A DNA stretch of 64,000 nt, taken from assembly GCA_944323575.1 (NCBI GenBank), contig CALUTB010000002.1, positions 689 through 64,688 of the forward strand. Direction: 5' to 3'. Origin of the DNA: an uncultured Mailhella sp. GTDB lineage: Bacteria > Desulfobacterota > Desulfovibrionia > Desulfovibrionales > Desulfovibrionaceae. Shown here piece after piece: positions 26,453 to 34,787 of this stretch (position 1 is the first letter of the stretch; the number at the start of each line of letters is the position of its first letter). The position numbers were made by a program, and so were the translations under genes. The notes beneath the pieces were generated by a model. That model made no database searches. It was not told the origin of the DNA and saw only the letters and a program-made list of their open reading frames with translations.

Positions 26453-27811
26453 ATGAAGAAAATTTTTGCAGCCGCAACGCTTGGTCTGTGCCTCGGAGTA
26501 AGCGCTTCCGCCCTTGCCGCTCCGAGCGTGTACCCCACGGGAACGACCATTTACGACCCTGCCCAGGCTCAGAACGGCTATGTTCTCATCAGTGTGGACT
26601 TCAAGGACGTCTATGCCAAGGTGGACAACCGTGCCTTCTTTAAAGAAGCCCCCGACTACAACAGCCCGGCTGCCGTTCCCACCGCCGCGGACAGCGACGA
26701 GGTTTTCCTCATCGACATGAACGGCAACGTCGTTCATTCCTGGAAGGACCTCGGCAACAACAAGAAGTGCTACCTGCTTCCCGACGGTCATCTGCTGAGC
26801 TTCAGCGAAACCCGCAGCGAAGTGACGGAATACGACTGGGACGGCAAGGTGGTATGGAATTTCGCCTCCAAGCTCGGACCTCATCATGACGGCCGCAGAC
26901 TGCCCAACGGAAACACGCTGATTCTGTGCTACGAAACTGTGCCGGACGAGGTCATCAATAAGGTCGAGAACCAGACTACGCAGTGGTGGGGAACCCAGGA
27001 CCGCAAGAACGCCAAGCTCCGCGGCGACATACTCATCGAAGTGAACCCTCAGGGGAAGGTCGTATGGTCCTGGAGCTCTTCCGAGCATCTCGACATCAAC
27101 CGTTACATGCCGCTTACCGGCATGAACGACTGGACGCACGGCAACACGCTGTCCGTCATTCCTCCGAACAAGTGGTACGATGCCGGCGACAAGCGCTTCA
27201 AGCCCGGCAACATTCTCTATAACCCCCGTCATTTCGATGAATTTGTCATCATCGACAAGGACAGCGGCGATATCGTCTGGTCTCTGAAGGGATTCAAGGC
27301 CATGGGCGGTCTCGGCCAGTGCCACGAACCCATCATGATTGAAAAGGGCAAACCCGGCGCCGGCAACATCATGGTCTTCGACAACGGCCTGTTCACCCGC
27401 AACGGTGCCCATGCCGCCCAGACCGTGATTTGGGAAATCGACCCCACCACCAGCAAGGCCGTGTGGCGTTATGTGCCCGCCCAGGGCGGCAGCTTCCGTC
27501 TGCTCAGCAAGTACAAGGGTTCCGCGTATAAGATGGAAAACGGCAACGTGCTGATCTCCGAAGACTATGCCGGTCGGGCCTTCCAGGTGAAGCCTGATGC
27601 GACCCATCCCGACGGCGGCACCATCGTATGGGAATACGTCTATCCGTCTATCATTTCCCGTACTACTATGTATCCTTATGACTATTGCCCGCAGCTTAAG
27701 GCCATGAAGAAGCCTGCCGAACTGAAGGTTTCTCCGCTTGACCCCGCCGACTGGAAGGTTCTGCCCGATGTCGAACGCAAGGGTAACGCCGTAGTCAAGG
27801 TCAACAAGTAA
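26453..27811 (+). CDS. Secreted beta-propeller protein, arylsulfotransferase (ASST)-like
   Basis: 452-aa ORF with a good RBS and signal peptide MKKIFAAATLGLCLGVSASALA/AP. It has recurring propeller-type motifs (LPNGNTLILCYE, DWTHGNTLSVIP, MENGNVLISEDY). The D-W-x-H-x-N-T element resembles ASST-family signatures. No HMM confirmation was possible. Confidence 0.5.
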   Translation: MKKIFAAATLGLCLGVSASALAAPSVYPTGTTIYDPAQAQNGYVLISVDFKDVYAKVDNRAFFKEAPDYNSPAAVPTAADSDEVFLIDMNGNVVHSWKDLGNNKKCYLLPDGHLLSFSETRSEVTEYDWDGKVVWNFASKLGPHHDGRRLPNGNTLILCYETVPDEVINKVENQTTQWWGTQDRKNAKLRGDILIEVNPQGKVVWSWSSSEHLDINRYMPLTGMNDWTHGNTLSVIPPNKWYDAGDKRFKPGNILYNPRHFDEFVIIDKDSGDIVWSLKGFKAMGGLGQCHEPIMIEKGKPGAGNIMVFDNGLFTRNGAHAAQTVIWEIDPTTSKAVWRYVPAQGGSFRLLSKYKGSAYKMENGNVLISEDYAGRAFQVKPDATHPDGGTIVWEYVYPSIISRTTMYPYDYCPQLKAMKKPAELKVSPLDPADWKVLPDVERKGNAVVKVNK

Positions 27812-27831
27812 GTCGTCAAATCACTCTCTGC

Positions 27832-27871
27832 GAAGGCATCCTTTTTCTTCAGGAAAAGGATGCCTTTTTTG
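27832..27871 (+). terminator. Strong intrinsic terminator after the ASST-like gene
   Basis: GAAGGCATCCTTTT-tcttcagg-AAAAGGATGCCTT followed by TTTTGG. Confidence 0.85.
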
Positions 27872-27937
27872 GTTAAAAGAAAACCCCCAGCCAGGCTGGA
27901 GGGCCGAAAACTTATAGTCATGCGTATGTTATAAACA

Positions 27938-28003
27938 CTCCTTTTGATTTGCCGAGAAAGAGGTGCGGTCCGGCAACTGCGCCCATAAGCAAATCAAAAG
28001 GAG
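27938..28003 (+). promoter_or_regulatory. Perfect 15-bp inverted repeat sequestering the tnpA Shine-Dalgarno (IS200-type translational control)
   Basis: CTCCTTTTGATTTGC (27938-27952) pairs with GCAAATCAAAAGGAG (27989-28003). The right arm contains AAGGAG directly upstream of the ATG at 28007. Confidence 0.75.
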
Positions 28004-28006
28004 GTC

Positions 28007-28463
28007 ATGATGGGTGACTTAAAGAAGTTGGCGCATACGAAATGGAACTGCAAATATCACATAGTATTTGCGCCGAAATATCGCAGACAGATTTTCTATG
28101 GAGAGAAGAAAAGAGCCATAGGAGAAATATTGCGAAAATTATGTGAGTGGAAGGGCGTGAGCATGGTAGAAGCGGAATGTTGTCCCGGCCATATCCATAT
28201 GTTGTTCGAGATACCGCCCAGGATGAGTGTATCGGCGTTTGTGGATATTTGAAAGGAAAGAGTGCCTGATGATATATGAACAGTTCGGCGAGCTGAAGTT
28301 CAAATATCGTAATCGGGAGTGCCGGTACCGTGGCTACTGTGTCGATACGGTGGGCAAGAATAAGGCAAAGACAGTCGAGTACAACAGGCATCAACTGGCC
28401 GAGGATAAACTCGGAGAACAGCTGGGCATCCCGTACGCCGGAAGCCCGTTTACGGGCCGCCTT
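28007..28463 (+). pseudogene. tnpA: IS200-type Y1 (HUH) transposase tnpA, disrupted by two 1-nt deletions and loss of the native stop
   Basis: Frame 1: MMGDLKKLAHTKWNCKYHIVFAPKYRRQIFYGEKKRAIGEILRKLCEWKGVSMVEAECCPGHIHMLFEIPPRMSVSAFV, then a stop at 28250-28252. The expected GYLKGKSA lies in the -1 frame and LMIYEQFGELKFKYRNRE..VDTVGKNKAKTVEYNRHQLAEDKLGEQLGIPYAGSPFTGR in a third frame (track ORF 28227..28730). The usual FWCRGYY reads CRYRGYC. Confidence 0.85.
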
Positions 28464-28836
28464 CAACAGAAATGCAGATGTCGGATCGTCTATGAGCCTG
28501 TCAGGGCACGGCTGGCAAGAGAGCCTTACAGGCACATAAGGAGAAAACACCGGCTATGCCGGTGGGATTCCATTTGCGTGGGAGAGTCGGCGGGAATGTA
28601 TTCTGCGTGTTGCGTTCTGCGTGCGTTCAGAAAATTGCTTCAGAAGGTGATGGATGTGTTCGGTTTTGGGCCTGGGGGCAAGCGGAAGGAAGAGGCTGGG
28701 AAAGAACTCCCGATGCAGGAGAGGGAATAGATCGGAAGATGGGGAATGCCGACAAAACAGATGACAGATCTTGGGGGGAACAATGCATGCCGCTCTTGTA
28801 GAAGAAAGCGGGAAGAATGTGAGATCGGGAGAAAAA

Positions 28837-28865
28837 CTGTGCGGAAATTCGCACGGTTTTTGTTC
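28837..28865 (+). terminator. Orphan intrinsic-terminator-like hairpin in a region with no credible ORF
   Basis: CTGTGCG-gaaatt-CGCACGG (7-bp stem including one G-U) followed by TTTTTGTTC. Confidence 0.45.
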
Positions 28866-29704
28866 ATGCTTTGTATCTTTTTTCTGAAAGAGATCATAAG
28901 GATTTTCTGACATGAAGCGAAGGGCCGGGAGAAAATAACCTTGGAAAGATGAAATCGTACTCCCGCGGGGGATGAGGCGATAGTAAGCGGAAAGAGGAGA
29001 GGGATGACGGTCCTGTGCATAGTGTTATTTGCTCGCCTAACTTGCGGACGCCTTGGCGCGGCCGCGTGACGATTCTTAGGGCAGTCGATGAGGCTGCCGT
29101 TCGCTGCAGGCTATTTCAGGAGATATATGCGCAGAGGACTCCCGGCTTGAAATTATGTTTTTCCTTTTCCTTTCTGAGCACGGCCGCGGTCTGAAAGAAA
29201 AGCAGCGCGGACAAGAGGATGGCTTCCGTCTGTGGAAGAATGGTACTGAAGCGTATGCCCTCTCTTCTGAACAGATGTGCGGGCAGACGATATGAACTTC
29301 TTTGCTGTGTGCAGATTTTCTCCAGAGTTATTTGGGGTAGGTCAGGAGATTCCTTCGCGACAGTGTGATTGTCAGCGTTTTGTCGCCTCATGGTTGAGTG
29401 CGCTGCTGATTATTACGATGAAGATGCTCTGCTCGGAGTATCCATTGGGGATGTCGGCGGCCGAGCTGGGGCGTCTATGCGCTCATGGGAGTGTCGAAGT
29501 CTTGCCTGCGCAGAAGAGATGAAAGGAGAAGAGCGGCGCGGCTCTTCCTGCGATGGAGCAAATAAGGCACCGGGAAGGTCTTCATCGACAGAGCAACATG
29601 GCCGGTTTTTGAGCAGCCGTTTCGAAAAATGAAGGTTTCCGTCTTCGATAGTATGATGAGACAGGGTAAGAGAAGCAATGGTTCCCGATGATCAGGGACT
29701 GCTC

Positions 29705-29740
29705 GAAAAAGCCCCCCGAATGTTTTACCGTTCGGGGGGC
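29705..29740 (-). terminator. Intrinsic terminator downstream of dsrP
   Basis: The minus strand reads GCCCCCCGAA-cggtaaaaca-TTCGGGGGGC followed by TTTTTCGAG, 36 nt after the dsrP stop. Confidence 0.85.
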
Positions 29741-29775
29741 TTGATAATCCGTTTGCCGGCATTTCCGGCAAAGCG

Positions 29776-30954
29776 CTATTCGGCAAGCTCGAAGGGTTCG
29801 CCGCCTTCGCGCTTCATTTCAAGGGCGATCTTCCACAGCAGGGTGACCACGAGGGCACCCACGGCGAAGATGCCGAGGCCGATGGAGACTTCCCAGAAGG
29901 TGGGAGTGTAGACTTCATAGGTCTCATAGGGAGTGGGAGCGAAGCCGCCGATGAGCAGGCCGAGGCCCTTGTCGATCCAGGAGGCGATAACGAGCATGAC
30001 GAGCGCCCAGGGCAGGATCTTCATGTTGTTGCGGAACTTAGGAATGGCCAGCAGGAAGATGCTGACGAAGGCGAACACCACGGCTACCCACATCCAGCCG
30101 TTCAGCCACACGTCGAGTCCTTCATGACCGTTGAAGATGAACGTGATGGGATGCTGATGGCCGGGGATGCCGCTGTAGAAGGCGGTGAACAGTTCAAGCA
30201 CGTAGAAGAACATGTTCAGGCCCATGGCGTAGGCGATGGTGATGGACAGGGACTTCACCACGGACTTGCCGGGATCGAAGCCGGAGAGGCGCTTCAGCAG
30301 CAGCAGCGAGAGCAGCAGGATGGAAGGTCCGGCGCAGAACGCGGAGGCCAGGAAGCGGGCGGCCATGATGGCGGAGAGCCAGTAGTGGCGTCCGGGCAGG
30401 CCGGCGTACAGGAAGGCCGTGACGGTGTGAATGGAGAAGGCCCAGAAGATGGAGATGACCACAAGGACCTTGACCCAGCGGGGCACGGCAACGTGACGAC
30501 TTTCATGTTCCAGGGATGTCCAGCCGATGACGGCGTTGAGCAGCAGGTAGCCGCACAGCACGGTGGCGTCCCAGAACATGACCGAGTTCGGCGTAGGATG
30601 CAGGATGATGTTCAGCACGCGCTGCGGCTGGCCCATGTCCACCACGATGAAGAGCATGCACATGATGACCGCGCCGATGGCGAGGAACTCTGCGAACACG
30701 ATGACGCGGTGATAGGGATGATAGTGGTGGAAGGTGGCGGGCAGCACCAGCATCACGGCCGCGGCGGCCACGCCCACCAGATAGGTGAACTGGGCGATGT
30801 AGAAGCCCCAGGAGGTGTTGCGGGTGAGACCGGTCATCTGCAGGCCGTAGATGAGCTGGAACACATAGACGATGAAGGCGTATCCTATGATGGCCAGCAG
30901 AAAGATCAGCCACATGTAGTACTTGGGAGAACCCTTGAGAACTTTTTCAACCAT
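29776..30954 (-). CDS. dsrP: DsrP, NrfD/PsrC-family integral membrane quinone-interacting subunit
   Basis: 392-aa polytopic membrane ORF (MVEKVLKGSPKYYMWLIFLLAIIGYAF...). It is the last gene of the dsrMKJOP order. Confidence 0.85.
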   Translation of the reverse strand: MVEKVLKGSPKYYMWLIFLLAIIGYAFIVYVFQLIYGLQMTGLTRNTSWGFYIAQFTYLVGVAAAAVMLVLPATFHHYHPYHRVIVFAEFLAIGAVIMCMLFIVVDMGQPQRVLNIILHPTPNSVMFWDATVLCGYLLLNAVIGWTSLEHESRHVAVPRWVKVLVVISIFWAFSIHTVTAFLYAGLPGRHYWLSAIMAARFLASAFCAGPSILLLSLLLLKRLSGFDPGKSVVKSLSITIAYAMGLNMFFYVLELFTAFYSGIPGHQHPITFIFNGHEGLDVWLNGWMWVAVVFAFVSIFLLAIPKFRNNMKILPWALVMLVIASWIDKGLGLLIGGFAPTPYETYEVYTPTFWEVSIGLGIFAVGALVVTLLWKIALEMKREGGEPFELAE

Positions 30955-30963
30955 GGTTCCCTC

Positions 30964-31722
30964 CTAGATGATGTAATAGACGCCGGGATCTGTGCCCAGT
31001 TCGGGCTTGCGGCGAATGCTGAAGTTCTTGGCGAGAACGCGGCGCACGATGGAGTCCGGATCGTTGAGATCGCCGAACATGATGGCGCCGTTGGAAGCCT
31101 CGACGCAGGCGGGCATGAGGCCCTTTTCCAGGCGTTCGGCGCAGAAGGTGCACTTCTCGACCACGCCGCGCATACGGGTGGGGTAGTCGGGATTCAGGTC
31201 ACTGATGAAGGGACGGGGATCCTGGAAGTTGAAGCTTCTGGAGCCGTAGGGGCAGGCGGCCATGCAGAAACGGCAGCCCACGCAGCGGTGATAGTCGATG
31301 GCGACCAGTCCGTCAGCGGTCTTGTAGGTGGCGCCGGCGGGGCAGACACGCACGCAGGAAGGATTGGTGCAGTGGTTGCAGAGCAGGAAAAAGCGGCGGT
31401 TTTCCACGTTTTCCGGCAGCATGGGGTCGGGATCGTTGGCGAAGGCGTGTTCAAAGGTGTCGTCCCAGATCCACTTGACTTCACGGGGAGCGGGCACGTT
31501 GGGCACGTTGTGCGCCTTATGGCAGGCTTCTACGATGGGGCGCATGTCTTCCACCGTCTGGATGCGGCGGGTGTCGATGACCATGGCCCAGCGCTTTGCC
31601 TTCAGACCCTCGGGATAGGCTTCATAGGAGGCCTCGGCCGCTTCGGCACGGGCCGCTCCGGCGGCCAGGGCGAAGGTGGACAGGCCTGCGACCTTGAGAA
31701 AATAACGTCTACTCGAATTCAT
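30964..31722 (-). CDS. dsrO: DsrO, periplasmic Tat-exported 4Fe-4S ferredoxin-like subunit
   Basis: 252-aa ORF with Tat leader MNSSRRYFLKVAGLSTFALAAGAARA and multiple Cys clusters (CNHCTNPSCVRVCP, CVGCRFCMAACP, CTFCAERL). Confidence 0.85.
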   Translation of the reverse strand: MNSSRRYFLKVAGLSTFALAAGAARAEAAEASYEAYPEGLKAKRWAMVIDTRRIQTVEDMRPIVEACHKAHNVPNVPAPREVKWIWDDTFEHAFANDPDPMLPENVENRRFFLLCNHCTNPSCVRVCPAGATYKTADGLVAIDYHRCVGCRFCMAACPYGSRSFNFQDPRPFISDLNPDYPTRMRGVVEKCTFCAERLEKGLMPACVEASNGAIMFGDLNDPDSIVRRVLAKNFSIRRKPELGTDPGVYYII

Positions 31723-32125
31723 GATTGTTCCCCTGGGGTACGACGTGGCAGTCCCAGCAGTACGGGTTCACGCTGTTGGCGTTGTGGCACTTGTCGCAGA
31801 ATTCGGCCTTGTTGCTGTGGCAGGCCATGCAGGTGTTCTGCAGACTGGTTTCCCATTTCTTGCCGTCGGTGGCGACATAGATGCGCTTTCCTTCGCGCAG
31901 GGCCTGATCGCGCCATTCGAGGAGCAGTTCCATGTGATTGGCGGCCATCCATTCTTTCGGCTCCACGCACTGGCTGCGTTCTTCGCCGAAGAAGGTGACG
32001 GGTTCCGTGGGAAGCTCCACCTCGACCGCTTCGTATCCGGAAGAAAGCATATTGATCCAGAAGGGCGCGGTGAAAAGCCCGGCGAAGACGATGATGCCGG
32101 GGATGACGAATTTTGCGTTATACAT
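31709..32125 (-). CDS. dsrJ: DsrJ, membrane-anchored triheme cytochrome c
   Basis: 138-aa ORF with an N-terminal TM helix and three CxxCH motifs (CMACH, CDKCH, CWDCH). Its ATG directly abuts the dsrK stop (TAAATG) and it overlaps dsrO by 14 nt. Confidence 0.85.
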   Translation of the reverse strand: MYNAKFVIPGIIVFAGLFTAPFWINMLSSGYEAVEVELPTEPVTFFGEERSQCVEPKEWMAANHMELLLEWRDQALREGKRIYVATDGKKWETSLQNTCMACHSNKAEFCDKCHNANSVNPYCWDCHVVPQGNNHEFE

Positions 32126-33760
32126 TTATGCTTCCTCCGAGGCGGCAGGATCTTCATCGGGGAAGGGCAGATCTTCCTGACGCAGATCCATGGTGCGGGG
32201 AATTTCGCCCTTCATCACCAGAGCGTTGGCTACGAGTTCGTGCAGACCGCTGACGGTGACGCCGGGTACCCAGTAGTCGACGAGCGGAGGCAGAGCCGCG
32301 CGGTCGAGGGCGCAGACGCAGCCCATCCAGTTCACGCCCTTGGTGTCGTGCACGTAGCGCAGGGCGTTGGCGCGGGGGAAACCGCCGCGCAGACGCTGAT
32401 CCATGATTTCTTCGGCGTTCAGGCCGGAACCGGAACCGCAGCAGAAGGTTTCTTCACGGATGGTGTGTTCGGGCATTTCCACGAAGTTGTTGCACACATG
32501 TCTGAGGATGTAGCGCGGCTCTTCCAGAAGCCCCATGGCGCGTGCCGGGTTGCAGGAGTCGTGCCAGGTGGTGATGATGTGGTTGTTGCGCTCGGGGCGC
32601 AGATTGAGCTTGTTGTGCTTGATGAGGTCGGCCGTGAATTCGGCGATGTGCACCATCTTGGTGGCGGCGGCGTTCTTGAACACCGTGCCGGTGATGGGGG
32701 AGACGGGCACTTCCATGTTGGGCGGGGTGGGGCCGTTGTAGGTGGCCATGTACTGGTTCACCACGCGCCACATGTGGCCGCATTCGCCGCCGAGGATCCA
32801 CTTGACGCCGAGACGCTCGGCTTCCGCGTACATCTTGGCGTTGAGCTTCTTGGCCACGTCGAAGGAGACGAAGGAGCCGAAGTTGCCGCCTTCGGAGGCG
32901 TAGGTGGACAGGGTGTAGTCCAGACCGATTTCATGGAACAGCATGAGATATCCCATGAAGGTGTAGATGCCGGGATCGGCGAAATAGTCGCCGGAGGGGG
33001 TGATGAAGATGACTTCATGACCCTTTTCGTTCCACGGCGGATCGACGCGGATGCCGGTGATGGTCTCGATGTCGTCGCAGAGGAATTCCACGATTTCGCG
33101 CATGGAATGGGGCTGGACGCCGAGATGGTTGCCGGTGCGGTTGCAGTCGTTGACCGAGTTCATGATCCAGTGGATGCCGAGACCGAGGTCAAGCAGCATC
33201 TGACGCACGATGACCGTGATTTCCGCGGTGTCGATGCCGTAGGGGCAGAACAGGGAACAGCGGCGGCATTCGGTGCACTGATAGAAATAGATGAACCATT
33301 CCTTGATGATGCTCTTGTCGAGCTTGCGGGCACCGGCGATCTTGCCGAGAAGACGACCTGCGGTGGTGAAGTCCTTGCGGTACACGGAGCGCAGAAGCTC
33401 GGCGCGCAGCACGGGCATGTTCTTGGGGTCGTTGGTGCCGATGAAGAAGTGGCACTTGTCGGCGCAGGCACCGCAGCGCACACAGCAGTCCATGAAGACC
33501 TTGAGCGAACGATGCTTGTTCAGGGCGTCCTGAAGGGAATTGTGAATGATGTCTTCCCAGTTTTCGGGCAGTTCCCAGTCTTCGTTGTCGGGCGCCCAGT
33601 CATGGGCGTTCTCGAAGCCGAGACCTTTCAGTATTTCCGTCTTGGCGGGATAGCAGAAGCTGCCGGGATGGAAATCCGGCTTGGTGTCCATCCAACCCTC
33701 TTTGGGGAAGGAAGCGGGCGTGACCGCCAGCAATTCTTCGGGTGTGGGCATTTTTGCCAT
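32126..33760 (-). CDS. dsrK: DsrK, HdrD-like cytoplasmic FeS/CCG-domain subunit
   Basis: 544-aa ORF: CCVRCGACADKCHFF, CTECRRCSLFCPYG, with C-terminal CCG-type cysteine motifs (..ETFCCGSGSG..). Confidence 0.85.
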   Translation of the reverse strand: MAKMPTPEELLAVTPASFPKEGWMDTKPDFHPGSFCYPAKTEILKGLGFENAHDWAPDNEDWELPENWEDIIHNSLQDALNKHRSLKVFMDCCVRCGACADKCHFFIGTNDPKNMPVLRAELLRSVYRKDFTTAGRLLGKIAGARKLDKSIIKEWFIYFYQCTECRRCSLFCPYGIDTAEITVIVRQMLLDLGLGIHWIMNSVNDCNRTGNHLGVQPHSMREIVEFLCDDIETITGIRVDPPWNEKGHEVIFITPSGDYFADPGIYTFMGYLMLFHEIGLDYTLSTYASEGGNFGSFVSFDVAKKLNAKMYAEAERLGVKWILGGECGHMWRVVNQYMATYNGPTPPNMEVPVSPITGTVFKNAAATKMVHIAEFTADLIKHNKLNLRPERNNHIITTWHDSCNPARAMGLLEEPRYILRHVCNNFVEMPEHTIREETFCCGSGSGLNAEEIMDQRLRGGFPRANALRYVHDTKGVNWMGCVCALDRAALPPLVDYWVPGVTVSGLHELVANALVMKGEIPRTMDLRQEDLPFPDEDPAASEEA

Positions 33761-33773
33761 GACCAGTAACTCC

Positions 33774-34787
33774 TTAGGCTTCCGTCTTGGGTTCAGGCTG
33801 CTTTTCTACAGGGATGCCGGCCTCAACCATGGCGTCGCGGAAATCATCTTCATATTCGGCGTAGGTATGGTAGCTCTTGGGCGGATTCCAGGGATTCACG
33901 TGTCTCTCTTCGCGGGTGTTGCACTTCATGTTGCGGGTGGGGCTCATGAAGACGCCGCCCATGTGCATGAGCTTGGAGAAGGGGAAGTAGATGAGAAGAG
34001 CGCTCACCAGCGTCACGTGAATGAAGAAGATGGAGCCGATGCCGGAGGGATCCACGGGCTGCAGGGTGGCAAGACCCATGATGACTTCCTTCACCTGATT
34101 GATGTCCACCTTGGAGATGTAGCGCATGCAGATGCCTGAACCGGCGATGGCGATGAGCAGGAAAAGGGCGAAATAGTCGGCCGGCAGCGAGATGTAGCGG
34201 AGCTTTTCCGTGCACACGCGGCGCAGCAGCAGGAAGGCGAGGGCGCCGAGAATGAAGGCGTCGGTCAGATAGAAGCGCGGGGCACCCACCTGGAACACGC
34301 CGTCCACGAACTCGATGACCGCGATGCAGGTGGGCACGGGGTCAAGGAAGAAACGGGCATGGCGGATGATGATCACCAGCATGCTGTAGTGGAACAGCAG
34401 AGCGAACACCCAGAGCCATTTGTTGGAAAAATAGGTGACGCGCGGCGTTCCGTCGATGGTGGTGCGCTCCGCCCGGGTGTTGCGGAACAGCGACCGGAAG
34501 GCGAACACCTCGAGGAGCATGCGGCCGATGACGGCGGGCGTGGTCCACGGGCATTCGAGACGGTTGGGCTTGATCCATGCCAGAGAACGCTGCTGGCCCG
34601 CCACTGTGGGAATGGCGAACGGTACGGGCGATTTAGCCCAGCGGACGATCTTCCAGATGAAGCCGATGATGAACACAGCACCCGCTGCCAGCGGTAAGAT
34701 CACGCCGAGCAGATACTGCAGGCCAAGTGCTGACCCCGCCCATCCTATGAAAAGGATAAGCAGAGTGGCCGCAAATGCGATGGTCAT
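33774..34787 (-). CDS. dsrM: DsrM, NarI/HdrE-like dihaem cytochrome b membrane subunit
   Basis: 337-aa membrane ORF: MTIAFAATLLILFIGWAGS..AKSPVPFAIPTVAGQQRSL... It is the first gene of dsrMKJOP. Confidence 0.8.
   Translation of the reverse strand: MTIAFAATLLILFIGWAGSALGLQYLLGVILPLAAGAVFIIGFIWKIVRWAKSPVPFAIPTVAGQQRSLAWIKPNRLECPWTTPAVIGRMLLEVFAFRSLFRNTRAERTTIDGTPRVTYFSNKWLWVFALLFHYSMLVIIIRHARFFLDPVPTCIAVIEFVDGVFQVGAPRFYLTDAFILGALAFLLLRRVCTEKLRYISLPADYFALFLLIAIAGSGICMRYISKVDINQVKEVIMGLATLQPVDPSGIGSIFFIHVTLVSALLIYFPFSKLMHMGGVFMSPTRNMKCNTREERHVNPWNPPKSYHTYAEYEDDFRDAMVEAGIPVEKQPEPKTEA

Larger units (their letters stand above)
27873..28580 (+). mobile_element. Decayed IS200/IS605-family (IS200-type, tnpA-only) element; boundaries approximate
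   Basis: Left-end hairpin CCAGCC-a-GGCTGG (~27888-27900), an RBS-occluding stem-loop and a Y1-transposase reading frame. A 60-nt stretch I counted (28021-28080) is about 38% GC against about 60% in the flanks. The span of about 700 bp is expected for IS200. Confidence 0.7.

Noticed and set aside
28554-29786. Short ORFs in the non-coding stretch: 28554..28913, 28556..28801, 28640..29020, 29116..29391, 29277..29522, 29369..29632 and 29475..29786.
   Set aside because: They have no RBS, mutually overlapping frames, and low-complexity, Cys/Arg/Ser-rich translations with no motif. I treat the region as non-coding or eroded rather than annotating genes.
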